DNA of 64,000 nucleotides from Chitinophagales bacterium (GCA_023957215.1 JAMLHH010000001.1:17383-81382); one strand, 5' to 3'. Counted from the first letter of the stretch, positions 46,601 to 55,764 are shown. A program made the numbers and translations. Notes: generated by a model from the sequence alone, not told the origin.

Positions 46601-48264
46601 TGATGAAAAATGATAGAATCAAAATACAGTTTATTACTAGATTTTCAGATATGATTAATACTGTTTACAAAGTTGAAAGAGTACTTAATTTATTGGGTAA
46701 TATTAAGAACCTTTATGAACCTGATATTGAAAATCAAATTGCAAGATGGGAGTATCCATCAACCCTAAGCAATTGGTATTCAAATATCGAAATTGTTAAA
46801 AACTTTGTAACTCAAAGGCCTAATTATTGTTTTGAAAATATGAAAGAATCCTTTCACTTAGGAAGTACTGATTCGGTTTTTATAGATGTCAATGATTTCA
46901 GTATGGGATATCTAAAAATCAACACAATGGAAATCAATGAAAAAACCCCCGGCGTTGATACAGCTCAGGTTTATCCGTGGGGAGGAAGATATTTTAAAAA
47001 TCTACCTGTCACTTTAATACCTCTACCGAGAGATGAATATAGATTTGCTTATTGGGAGATAGACGGTAAGAAGACTGCGACAGATTCTGATACATTGATT
47101 TTTGATTTGTCAAAAAGAACGTCTATAAAAGCTTATTTTGAAGTAGATCCTAATTATATTTACAATCCTGAAGCAGTCAAAATAGATGTATGTCCTTATG
47201 AGTTTGCAGAGTGGAATAAAAAACAAGAAATAGGGACTTATCCCGGTAACATGGCTTTTTATTATACAAGATATCCGGACTCAAGAGCCAATGGCGCTTT
47301 GGAAGGAATCATGGATAGTATCTTATACGATTATTCTTCAAAGACGAGAATCAATGGTCTTGGTGCGAAGGGCTTGTCTTTGATTAATACCGCAACAGCT
47401 AATGATTATTATTATCAAACAAGGTTGGGAGCAGTAGGAGTTGCATTCAATACTATAGATATACCCGGAGCAACAGTCCAATTCACTGTTGGAACTGTCA
47501 AACCTCAATCAAAACAATATGGTATCAGATTACAATATCGCTTTAGCGATAAAGGTGAAGTTTTTGATTTAAAAGATAAAAATGGGAATATAGTCGAGTA
47601 TATAGCCAATGATTTTGCTGATCACCAACAGACATTTAAAATAGAATTGCCTCAGGATTTTATGGGAAGAAAGTATGTACAGCTATTGTGGCGTTACTAT
47701 TTTACCGGTGTGCAAAGATTTGAAGATTCCAAACAAAGAGATGAACTGAGAATTGATGATATTATTATAAAACAGAATGAAATTGCCGGAACCGAGTCCA
47801 AAGAAATGTATAAAAAAACGCTGAACGGGAATCCGCATGGCATTGCTTACCAATGGTATCAATGTGAAGATGATTCATTGAAGTTACTGGAAGGGCAAAC
47901 GAATAGAGATCTCACCATTACACAACCGGGGTGGTATGCATTATCGGTAGATTATGGAGATTGCCAATTTATATCTGATTGCCAGGAATTTTATGTCAAA
48001 GAGCATAAAGACTTCTATCCTAGCATACACACGACTATCATACCCAATCCTTCAAAAGGAATATTTGATTTGGTTTTTGACGAAACAATGAAAGATATTT
48101 CTATTTCAATAGTAGATTTGACAGGTAAAATAGTTCATACAAGATTTGAAAAAGAAGCACGCCAAATAAAATACAATCTAAAAAATTTGGCATCAGGCGT
48201 TTATGTCTTGGATATTAATACAAAAGATGGAAAACAAGCCACAGAAAAAATAGTCATCCAATAA
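43693..48264 (+). CDS. secreted CotH kinase-family protein with lamin-tail (LTD) domain, duplicated flanking domains and a T9SS C-terminal sorting domain
   Basis: 1523 aa. Signal peptide. LTD (VFINELVASN...DWIELYNPND...FKLSNSGESVFL, about 44731-45103). Chitobiase/Fn3-associated-like DAKIYYTIDGSEPS. CotH-like core (about 45610-46720). T9SS CTD (IIPNPSKGIFDL...LASGVYVLDINT...IVIQ, about 48028-48261). Confidence 0.8.
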   Translation: MDMKFWLIALLTMLSVYPTYGQSNPEAYKLSGSPFYFTNWPSSSEAETFPTGMVLQQYDDEDDPNKNSEPISDWICNYNLESKSRFVGLGNSGIGFLNTGSNLSRTECNGANAGKVGVVTLAINTSDIENIELSWRVRMIKQGDGFPLPREYRITAQYRLDSSSAWMDFPATSRYSSFNKNEGSIKNFSLQLPNTFDNKEYVQFRWKYYQESSNQGGTRPFLALDDIKVIGEKSDGNNTPVLFTDQTTIGSFGCVEGNFSQIDSILFSANFLKENLSIESDGEFYISLSENENYNQSILIQAPNGKIGDTYLYIKKKCSSIGEKKGILSFISGSLKKNFALSGEGYYKVFINELVASNFKSYDEREIYPDWIELYNPNDTGFSIAGYYMSDDINNLTKHRLRGPESFMESYGFNLFFADDSRTTDKYLQFKLSNSGESVFLVGKDGKTIIDSVTFGYQKTDISYGREIDGSDKWVQFKEPTPDKSNNNGVIRFENQADPPIFSANGGKYEYPFVLSLSSPHPDAKIYYTIDGSEPSIDNLGGSVFEYKQSYYLEPGHITESYFQPYRTIFYFEPIELSLYKDKPYKISNISTTYTIAPYIPKINRNNAVIIRAIAVQPNMEASEIITQSYFFSNGDPTKDSLPIISLALNPHQYLSFEDGIAVPGKDYEDWRFSTPIQQNTNFLRPANFNRRGRPAEIASNLEIFEKNKPYFNEKIGIRIHGNSSRAKRSKNMRIYSRSLYGNEKIVFPFFDNLPYEDYKRILLRLSSERKTRFIDMFVQQITKSLNVDYQEYNPYVLYINGEYWGIANALERIDKNYLQRKYGFDDSNFDMLEKEGRIKQGSNADYLQFIQNLDSINISSDEGYNWLYSKMDVENFITYFPFRIYTSDMDWPLNNIIYWKYNSVTKNNRTPYGLDGKWRWIHFDNDGAFRVDPSYNSLNDLFKEFYIIKNGDGEDVFYDNWSTTLFRALMKNDRIKIQFITRFSDMINTVYKVERVLNLLGNIKNLYEPDIENQIARWEYPSTLSNWYSNIEIVKNFVTQRPNYCFENMKESFHLGSTDSVFIDVNDFSMGYLKINTMEINEKTPGVDTAQVYPWGGRYFKNLPVTLIPLPRDEYRFAYWEIDGKKTATDSDTLIFDLSKRTSIKAYFEVDPNYIYNPEAVKIDVCPYEFAEWNKKQEIGTYPGNMAFYYTRYPDSRANGALEGIMDSILYDYSSKTRINGLGAKGLSLINTATANDYYYQTRLGAVGVAFNTIDIPGATVQFTVGTVKPQSKQYGIRLQYRFSDKGEVFDLKDKNGNIVEYIANDFADHQQTFKIELPQDFMGRKYVQLLWRYYFTGVQRFEDSKQRDELRIDDIIIKQNEIAGTESKEMYKKTLNGNPHGIAYQWYQCEDDSLKLLEGQTNRDLTITQPGWYALSVDYGDCQFISDCQEFYVKEHKDFYPSIHTTIIPNPSKGIFDLVFDETMKDISISIVDLTGKIVHTRFEKEARQIKYNLKNLASGVYVLDINTKDGKQATEKIVIQ

Positions 48265-48281
48265 ATTCATCTAATTGACAC

Positions 48282-49184
48282 ATGTATATACCACCTTTTC
48301 TTAAAATAGGAGATACTGTTGGGTTGATCAGTACAGCTAGAAAAATTCATGTTGAAGAAGTGGAGTTTGCAATCCAATTGTTTGAAAAAAAAGGTTTTAA
48401 GGTCAAATTAGGAAAAACGATTGGTGCTGAATGCAATCAATTTGCAGGTGACGATCGATTGCGAAAGTCAGATCTACAAAATATGCTTGATGATACACAT
48501 GTAAAAGCTGTCATCTGTTGTCGTGGAGGTTATGGAACTGTCAAAATTATTGATGATATCAATTATACTAACTTTTTAAACCACCCCAAATGGATAGTGG
48601 GCTATTCGGATGTAAGCGTTTTACATGTACACATCAATAATTTGATGGGAATCTCTACATTACATGCAACAATGCCTATTAATTATGAAGGAAATTCAAC
48701 AGTTGCATTGGACTCATTATTTGACTTATTATCAGGAAAAACGATTCATTATCATTTTGATTCTCATCCACTCAATAGAAGCGGAAAAGCAAATGCGCAA
48801 GTAATCGGAGGAAATCTATCCATTCTATACAGTCTCTTAGGAACGAAAACTTATTTAAACACTTCCAATAAGATACTTTTTATAGAAGACTTAGACGAAT
48901 ATTTATATCATATTGACAGAATGATGTCAGCCCTAAAAAGGAGTGGGAAGCTGAATAACCTATCAGGACTCATTATCGGCGGGATGACTGATATGCATGA
49001 TAACAATATATCTTTTGGTAAGTCGGCAGAAGAGATTATTCGGGAATACACGGAAGAATTTACTTATCCAATTTGTTTTAACTTTCCCGCCGGACATATT
49101 TCCGACAATAGAGCAATTGCTTTCGGTGTCGAAGCAGAGTTAAATATAGAAAAAAATGAGGTGTTTTTCTCACAGCACTTTTAA
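48282..49184 (+). CDS. LD-carboxypeptidase (peptidase S66)
   Basis: 300 aa. Nucleophile motif GYSDVS, CCRGGYG, and the C-terminal FPAGHI His. Confidence 0.8.
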   Translation: MYIPPFLKIGDTVGLISTARKIHVEEVEFAIQLFEKKGFKVKLGKTIGAECNQFAGDDRLRKSDLQNMLDDTHVKAVICCRGGYGTVKIIDDINYTNFLNHPKWIVGYSDVSVLHVHINNLMGISTLHATMPINYEGNSTVALDSLFDLLSGKTIHYHFDSHPLNRSGKANAQVIGGNLSILYSLLGTKTYLNTSNKILFIEDLDEYLYHIDRMMSALKRSGKLNNLSGLIIGGMTDMHDNNISFGKSAEEIIREYTEEFTYPICFNFPAGHISDNRAIAFGVEAELNIEKNEVFFSQHF

Positions 49185-50044
49185 AGATTATTTGTATTAA
49201 AGGTGTCTCCCCGATTAATATCTCCTGTACGATATCCTTTATTAAACCATTGCATCCTTTGTTGAGATGTGCCATGTGTAAAAGCATCCGGCACGACATA
49301 TCCCTGCATTCTTTTCTGAATGGCATCATCACCGACTGCACTCGCTGCATCTAAAGCAACTTCTATATCTCCGGGTTCTATATATTGTTGTTCAAAATGT
49401 GACCATACTCCGGCATAGAAATCAGCTTGTAACTCTTGCATAACGGAGAGTTTATTGGCATCGGCTTCGCTCAATCTACTTTCGAGTTGTCTTACCTTGT
49501 CATTAGTACCTAATAAATTTTGAACATGATGACCCACTTCGTGGGCAATGACATAAGCAATGGCAAAATCTCCACCTTCTGCACCAAATTTATTTTTGAG
49601 TTCTTCAAAAAAATCTAAGTCCAAATAAACTTTTTCATCCGCAGGACAATAAAAAGGGCCGACTGCCGATGTTGCATCTCCACAACCCGTACTGACCTGA
49701 CCGGTAAAAAGTACCATTTTGGGTTCTCTGTAATTCATTCCATTTTCACTAAATATTTTATGCCAAATATCTTCTGTATCTGCAAAAATAGTAGAAGCCA
49801 ATTCTCCCAGCTTTTCTTGCTCAGGTGTTAATTCTTGTGGTGACGAAGTCTCTACTTGTGCATTTTGAAACTGCTGTAAAACAGGTGCAAGCATTTTGCC
49901 CGTATCTCCACCAAACAAACTCAATAAAAGTGCAATTATACCGATAGCACCACCTCCGATAAGTGTTTTGGCGCCACCTCCCATTCCTCTTCTGTCTTCA
50001 ACATTACTACTTTGACGTCTTCCTTCCCATTTCATAAAAAACAA
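49181..50044 (-). CDS. ypfJ: YpfJ-like neutral zinc metallopeptidase
   Basis: 287 aa. Gly-rich membrane-proximal N-terminus, HEVGHHVQN zinc motif, and FTHGTSQQRMQWF near the C-terminus. Confidence 0.8.
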   Translation of the reverse strand: MFFMKWEGRRQSSNVEDRRGMGGGAKTLIGGGAIGIIALLLSLFGGDTGKMLAPVLQQFQNAQVETSSPQELTPEQEKLGELASTIFADTEDIWHKIFSENGMNYREPKMVLFTGQVSTGCGDATSAVGPFYCPADEKVYLDLDFFEELKNKFGAEGGDFAIAYVIAHEVGHHVQNLLGTNDKVRQLESRLSEADANKLSVMQELQADFYAGVWSHFEQQYIEPGDIEVALDAASAVGDDAIQKRMQGYVVPDAFTHGTSQQRMQWFNKGYRTGDINRGDTFNTNNL

Positions 50045-50066
50045 TATATGATTATAAAATAAATAC

Positions 50067-50087
50067 GAATGTATAAAACATTCTTTT
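50067..50087 (-). terminator. weak hairpin downstream of the E2 gene (possible terminator)
   Basis: GAATGT (50067-50072) pairs with ACATTC (50078-50083) around a 5-nt loop. T-rich sequence lies on both sides. The stem is only 6 bp. Confidence 0.3.
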
Positions 50088-50115
50088 ATTTGAGGTTTTG
50101 AATTTTAAAAATCAA

Positions 50116-51531
50116 TTAAATTTCTTGCTTTGAATTGAAATTTTCCAAATATTCTGCCACCCTTTTTGCAAAAATACCACCTAATGCACCATCCACCACT
50201 CTATGGTCGTAGGTATGGGAAAGATACATCATTTGCCGAATACCTATTACATCTCCTTGAGGTGTTTCTATGACCACAGGTCTTTTTTTGATGGCTCCGA
50301 CTGCCATGATGGCTACTTGTGGTTGTGGTATGATAGGTGTTCCTAAAATATTATCAAACGAACCTATATTGGATATTGTGTATGTTGCACCTTGAATATC
50401 CGTTGGTAAAAGCAGGCTATTTCTTGCTTTTTGTACTAAGTTATTTAGCTCGGAAGCAATTCCTGTCAAACTCAATCTATTTGCATTTTTAATGACGGGA
50501 ATAATCAAATTGCCACTGGGCAATGCTGTCGCTATACCGATATTGATATTTTTCTTTTTGATAATTTTATCTCCATCTACGGAAATGTTTATCAATGGAA
50601 AATCTATAATAGCCTTGACGATTGCTTCCACAAAAATCGGCATATAGGTCAAACTAAACCCATTTCTGTTTTTAAAACTATCTTTGTATTTATTTCTCCA
50701 CTGAACGATAGTCGTCATATCTACCTCCACAAAAGAAGTTACATGTGGCGAGATGCGTTTCGACTCTATCATATTTTTAGCAATCATCTTTCGCATCCGA
50801 TCCATTTCTATGATTACATCTTGACCATTCTCATCATTTGATATTTTCTTTTGCGGCTGATGGATAATACCTGTTTCACTTATTTGAGTGTTAGAAATTG
50901 GAGCTCCTTGACTCTTTTCTTTTATATATTTTAAGACATCATCTTTCGTTATTTTTCCGACCAATCCACTGCCATTAATTGACTCTAATTCTTTTAAAGT
51001 AATTCCTTCTACTTGGGCTATTTTCTTTACTAAAGGGCTGAAATTCTTTTCACTATCTGAAAAACCTGTGATGCTCTCATCTGTTTTTTGAGCAGCAGGA
51101 ATATAGGGTATATCAACAGCCGGAACATTTGATTTTTCAATATTGGACTTGGATACTTCTTTGGCTTCAATTCCTTTTCGCTCATTTTCATCTATACTTT
51201 CATTCGATTGTGAAGTGATATTTTCTACTTCTTTAGTTGATTTTTCAACTTCGGGCTTCACCTCCAAAGGTATTTGATTTTCTACCAAAGTCTCTGTTTC
51301 AATGATAGCGATCACTGTATCTACTGCTACTGTTTCATCCACTTGAAACAACAGTTTCTTTATCGTTCCATCCACCGGAGTAGGAACTTCTGTATCTACT
51401 TTGTCGGTAGCTATTTCCAAAATAACTTCATGGGCACTTATGGATTCACCTTCTTTCTTTAACCAGTTTAAGATGGTAGCCTCGGTAATTCCCTCGCCAA
51501 GCTTTGGCATGGTTAGTTGGTATTCAGGCAT
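50116..51531 (-). CDS. 2-oxoacid dehydrogenase E2 component (dihydrolipoamide acyltransferase)
   Basis: 471 aa. Lipoyl domain (EIATDKVDTEV), E3-binding segment (SPLVKKIAQVEGITLKEL) and catalytic domain with DHRVVDGA. Confidence 0.88.
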   Translation of the reverse strand: MPEYQLTMPKLGEGITEATILNWLKKEGESISAHEVILEIATDKVDTEVPTPVDGTIKKLLFQVDETVAVDTVIAIIETETLVENQIPLEVKPEVEKSTKEVENITSQSNESIDENERKGIEAKEVSKSNIEKSNVPAVDIPYIPAAQKTDESITGFSDSEKNFSPLVKKIAQVEGITLKELESINGSGLVGKITKDDVLKYIKEKSQGAPISNTQISETGIIHQPQKKISNDENGQDVIIEMDRMRKMIAKNMIESKRISPHVTSFVEVDMTTIVQWRNKYKDSFKNRNGFSLTYMPIFVEAIVKAIIDFPLINISVDGDKIIKKKNINIGIATALPSGNLIIPVIKNANRLSLTGIASELNNLVQKARNSLLLPTDIQGATYTISNIGSFDNILGTPIIPQPQVAIMAVGAIKKRPVVIETPQGDVIGIRQMMYLSHTYDHRVVDGALGGIFAKRVAEYLENFNSKQEI

Positions 51532-51721
51532 ATTAATTTATTTAGCTATTAAAATCTTTTGCTTAGATATAGATTTTGAATATAAATATAAAAAAAATTA
51601 ATTGAACTATATTCAGATTGAAAGTCAATGAAAATATAGAATAAATATTCATATAACTGGTAGGGGAAAATATAAAAACTATATTTATTTTCACCTTTTT
51701 AAAATTTCATTAAGAGTCACT

Positions 51722-53179
51722 ATGTTATTTAACTCCATAGAATTTGCTATATTCCTTCCAATAGTTTTTGCAATTTATTGGATATTGAGCAGAAGTTTGA
51801 GGCTTCAAAACCTATTCATTGTTATTTCAAGCTTCTTTTTTTATGGTTGGTGGGATTGGAGATTTCTTTCTCTACTCAGTTTTAGTATCATTGTAGATTT
51901 TTTTATAGGTCGAGCTCTACAATATCAAGAGAACCTGTCTAAAAGGAGATTTATATTATGGATCAGTATTATAACAAATTTAGGATTTCTAGGATTTTTT
52001 AAATATTATAACTTCTTTGTAGATAACTTTATCGAAGCCTTTTCTTTATTTGGAAAACAACTTGATGTCAGAACATTAAATATTATCTTACCGGTAGGAA
52101 TCAGTTTTTATACATTCCAGACATTGAGCTATACAATCGATGTTTATAAACGGAAATTAGAGCCTACTAATGATATTATTTCTTTTGCGGCCTTTGTTAG
52201 CTTTTTCCCCCAGTTAGTAGCAGGTCCAATTGAAAGGGCAACGAATCTTCTTCCTCAATTTTATAAGAGGCGAGAGTTTGATTATGACAAAGCGGTAAAT
52301 GGCATGCGACAAATATTATGGGGTTTGTTTAAAAAAATAGTGATTGCAGATAACTGTGCTGAGGTTGCAAATATCATTTTTGAAAACGCTACGGATAGCT
52401 CAGGTAGTACATTAGTACTTGGTGCATTATTTTTTACTTTTCAAATTTACGGTGATTTCTCAGGCTATTCAGACATTGCGATAGGCACGGCAAGGCTTTT
52501 CGGATTTGGCTTAATGCGGAATTTTGCATTCCCTTATTTTTCGAGAGATATAGCTGAATTTTGGAGACGTTGGCATATTTCCCTTTCAACATGGTTTAGA
52601 GATTATCTGTATATACCTTTAGGTGGGAGCCGGGGTGGAACTTGGATGAAAGTCAGAAATACTTTTGTGATTTTCATTGTTAGTGGGTTTTGGCATGGCG
52701 CTAATTGGACATTTATAATATGGGGTACGTTAAATGCATTCTATTTTCTTCCTTTACTTTTGGCCAATAGAAATAGAACTCATATAGAAATCGTTGCACA
52801 AGGAAGACTACTGCCTTCATTCAATGATGTAATGAGTATGTTCAGCACTTTTAGTCTTACCGTTTTTGCGTGGATATTTTTCAGAGCCGAGAATCTACAA
52901 CATGCTATATTGTATATTAAAGGGATTTTTTCAAGTTCACTTTTTTCAATTCCTATTGTTAAAGGGCTTAGGACAACAGATAATAGTCTTTCTGTTTTGT
53001 TTGTCTTGCTATTTGTTTTTTTAATGATAGAGTGGATAGGCAGAGAGGAGCAGTTTGCCATTGAGAAGCTAGGTTTAAAATGGAAGAAACCATTTCGCTA
53101 CATGATGTATTATTTGATTGTGATTTCAATTTTTATGTATGCAGGGAGTGAACAACAATTTATTTATTTTCAATTTTAA
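51722..53179 (+). CDS. MBOAT family O-acyltransferase (AlgI/PatA/DltB-like)
   Basis: 485 aa polytopic protein. Signature FWRRWHISLSTWFRDYLYIPLGG with the conserved His, and a second FWHGANW block. Confidence 0.88.
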   Translation: MLFNSIEFAIFLPIVFAIYWILSRSLRLQNLFIVISSFFFYGWWDWRFLSLLSFSIIVDFFIGRALQYQENLSKRRFILWISIITNLGFLGFFKYYNFFVDNFIEAFSLFGKQLDVRTLNIILPVGISFYTFQTLSYTIDVYKRKLEPTNDIISFAAFVSFFPQLVAGPIERATNLLPQFYKRREFDYDKAVNGMRQILWGLFKKIVIADNCAEVANIIFENATDSSGSTLVLGALFFTFQIYGDFSGYSDIAIGTARLFGFGLMRNFAFPYFSRDIAEFWRRWHISLSTWFRDYLYIPLGGSRGGTWMKVRNTFVIFIVSGFWHGANWTFIIWGTLNAFYFLPLLLANRNRTHIEIVAQGRLLPSFNDVMSMFSTFSLTVFAWIFFRAENLQHAILYIKGIFSSSLFSIPIVKGLRTTDNSLSVLFVLLFVFLMIEWIGREEQFAIEKLGLKWKKPFRYMMYYLIVISIFMYAGSEQQFIYFQF

Positions 53180-53183
53180 TTAT

Positions 53184-54050
53184 ATGAAGAGGTTTATTGT
53201 TAAAATATTGGCTTTAATTGTTGTGTTTCCATTTGTGTATCTGACAGTTTATATGTTAATAGATTTTGTCATAAATAGGAAAAGTGCAGATAATTCTCTT
53301 TTTGTTTGGGGAGACTCGCAGACTTATAGAGGCATAAATCTTCCTAAACTTAAAAAAGAAATAGGGATCAATGTCTATTCATCAGCTGAACCGGGAGCTA
53401 GCATTTATGATTTTTTAGTTTTTGCTGATAAAGTACCGAAAAATTCTAAAGTACTCATTTCTATATCTGAATTAGCTTTGTTGAGGAAGAAAGATAAAGA
53501 TAGAAATATGAGTACACTCTCTTTATTTGCATTTGAGACTTTATACAAAAACAATTATACAATAACAGATCTTTATGCTATCGCAAAAAGAAACTTTAAG
53601 ATTAGAAAACTATTTGATGTAAAATCTACACTTCATCAATCATTTGACAAAACTCTAACACCAGAGAAATTTGTAAAAAGTTATAAGGAAAATTACTATA
53701 GTAGTACGATGTTTTTAAATGATAAAGAAAAAGCATCTTTGGAAGGAATCAATAGATTGCAAGAAAAAGGATGTAAGATTTACTTTGTTAAATTTCCTTT
53801 TCATTCAGCGATGCAGAAAATGAAGAAAGAATCTGGTATAGATAGAAAGGTTGACGCCGTTTATAACCATATTTTTCAAACACTTGGGATTTCTAAAGTG
53901 GATTCAATATATCTAAATCAGAATGAACAAATAATGTTTGACTACAATCATTTGAATGCCAAAGGAGCTAATCAAGTAACAGATTATTTAGCAACCTTTA
54001 TAAAAAGTAATAAAACGAATGATACTTATATCTTCCAATTAAAAGATTAG
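53184..54050 (+). CDS. membrane-anchored SGNH-like partner of the MBOAT protein
   Basis: About 288 aa counted from the ATG at 53184, 4 nt after the MBOAT stop (the ORF track opens at 53139). N-terminal TM helix, block I VWGDSQ (Ser codon about 53316), block V-like DYNHLNAKG near the C-terminus. Confidence 0.5.
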   Translation: MKRFIVKILALIVVFPFVYLTVYMLIDFVINRKSADNSLFVWGDSQTYRGINLPKLKKEIGINVYSSAEPGASIYDFLVFADKVPKNSKVLISISELALLRKKDKDRNMSTLSLFAFETLYKNNYTITDLYAIAKRNFKIRKLFDVKSTLHQSFDKTLTPEKFVKSYKENYYSSTMFLNDKEKASLEGINRLQEKGCKIYFVKFPFHSAMQKMKKESGIDRKVDAVYNHIFQTLGISKVDSIYLNQNEQIMFDYNHLNAKGANQVTDYLATFIKSNKTNDTYIFQLKD

Positions 54051-54240
54051 CTCTGTCAATTAGTTTAGAAAACGAAACTTATACACTTTAACTTCTCTTC
54101 TAAAGCTTGTCGCATTATCCTTTACTTTTCTTATAGAAACGTGTAAATTATTTAATACCAAAATGCTTTAAATATTCTTTCTAAAGATTTGAAACTTTTA
54201 CCTTTGTGGTATTCTAAAAATTCATCTAAAAGATTTCAAA

Positions 54241-55764
54241 TTGAAGAGCATACAATCAGCATTAATTTCTGTTTTTAACAAAAAAGGACTTGAGCCTATT
54301 GTTAAATTTTTATACAAAGAAGGAGTAAAAATTTATTCAACAGGTGGAACACAAAGTTTTATCGAAAAATTAGATATCCCAGTCACCCCGGTAGAAAGTT
54401 TGACTCAATATCCTTCCATTTTCGGAGGGAGGGTAAAAACATTACATCCTGTTATTTTTGGAGGTATTTTGTACAGAAGGGATAATAATTCTGATTTGTC
54501 AGAGGCTCAAGAATATAAAATCCCTGCTATTGATTTAATCATTGTCGATTTATATCCTTTTGAAGAAACTGTTGCAAGTGGTAAAAGTGAAGAAGATATC
54601 ATAGAGAAGATTGATATTGGCGGTGTATCTTTGATTAGAGCTGCTGCTAAAAATTTTAAAGATACATTGATAGTTTCAAACAGAAACCAATATGCTGATG
54701 TGTTAGAAGTCTTACAGAAAAACGGATGTGCTTCAGATTTGAATATTCGAAAACAATATGCTGCCGAAGCTTTTGAAGTGACCCGACACTACGATACCGC
54801 TATTCACCATTGGTTCTTGGATGAAAAAGATTCTGATTTCAAAAATTTTGAAGTTTTACCGAAGAAAGAATTGAGATATGGTGAAAACCCTCATCAGAAA
54901 GCTACTTTTTACGGAGATTTTGACGCTATGTTTGAGCAACTACACGGCAAACAAATTTCTTACAACAATTTGGTGGACATTGATGCCTGTGTCAATTTGA
55001 TAGATGAATTTGACAAAAAACAAGCTACTTATGCCATTATCAAGCACACCAATGCTTGTGGATTGGCTACCGGCGAAAATGCAAAGGAGGCGTATTTAAG
55101 AGCTTTGGCAGGAGACCCTGTCTCTGCATTTGGTGGGGTCATCATCACCAATTCAAATGTAGATTTGGCTGTCGCCGAGGAGTTAAACAAGCTTTTTATG
55201 GAAATTCTAATCGCTCCTTCCTATGATATCAATGCATTAGAACTTTTATCAAGCAAGAAAAATAGAATCCTTTTGGTACGTAAAGAAACAAGACAGCCCA
55301 AAGAGACATTCAAAACCATCCTCAATGGTGTATTGATGCAAGACAAAGATTTGAGTATAGAATCTAAGGCTAATATGAAATCTGTCACTAAAAGAGTACC
55401 AAATGTTGAAGAATATGTAGCACTTGAATTTGCCTTAAAAGTTTGTAAGCATACGAAATCGAATACCATTGTTTTGGCAAAAGGCAACCAATTGATTGCA
55501 AGTGGCGTGGGTCAAACATCAAGAGTGGATGCTTTGAGACAAGCAATAGAAAAGGCGAAGAACTTCGGATTTGATTTGAAGGGTGCAGTAATGGCATCAG
55601 ATGCATTTTTCCCTTTCCCAGACTGTGTAGAAATCAGCCATCAAGAAGGAATTGATACAGTCGTACAACCCGGCGGATCTATTAAAGATCAATTATCTAT
55701 CGATTATTGTGATGCCAATAACATGTCTATGGTATTTACCGGTGTTAGACATTTTTTACATTAA
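54241..55764 (+). CDS. purH: bifunctional AICAR formyltransferase / IMP cyclohydrolase
   Basis: 507 aa with full-length PurH architecture (ALISVFNKKG, LHPVIFGGIL, KHTNACG, SDAFFPF). Apparent TTG start at 54241, with no in-frame ATG before the conserved N-terminus. Confidence 0.92.
   Translation: MKSIQSALISVFNKKGLEPIVKFLYKEGVKIYSTGGTQSFIEKLDIPVTPVESLTQYPSIFGGRVKTLHPVIFGGILYRRDNNSDLSEAQEYKIPAIDLIIVDLYPFEETVASGKSEEDIIEKIDIGGVSLIRAAAKNFKDTLIVSNRNQYADVLEVLQKNGCASDLNIRKQYAAEAFEVTRHYDTAIHHWFLDEKDSDFKNFEVLPKKELRYGENPHQKATFYGDFDAMFEQLHGKQISYNNLVDIDACVNLIDEFDKKQATYAIIKHTNACGLATGENAKEAYLRALAGDPVSAFGGVIITNSNVDLAVAEELNKLFMEILIAPSYDINALELLSSKKNRILLVRKETRQPKETFKTILNGVLMQDKDLSIESKANMKSVTKRVPNVEEYVALEFALKVCKHTKSNTIVLAKGNQLIASGVGQTSRVDALRQAIEKAKNFGFDLKGAVMASDAFFPFPDCVEISHQEGIDTVVQPGGSIKDQLSIDYCDANNMSMVFTGVRHFLH

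Noticed and set aside
54051-54240. Possible ZTP (pfl) riboswitch upstream of purH
   Set aside because: The 190-bp region is AT-rich and lacks the GC-rich conserved cores (for example a CCGCCTGGG-like 3' element) expected of ZTP riboswitches.
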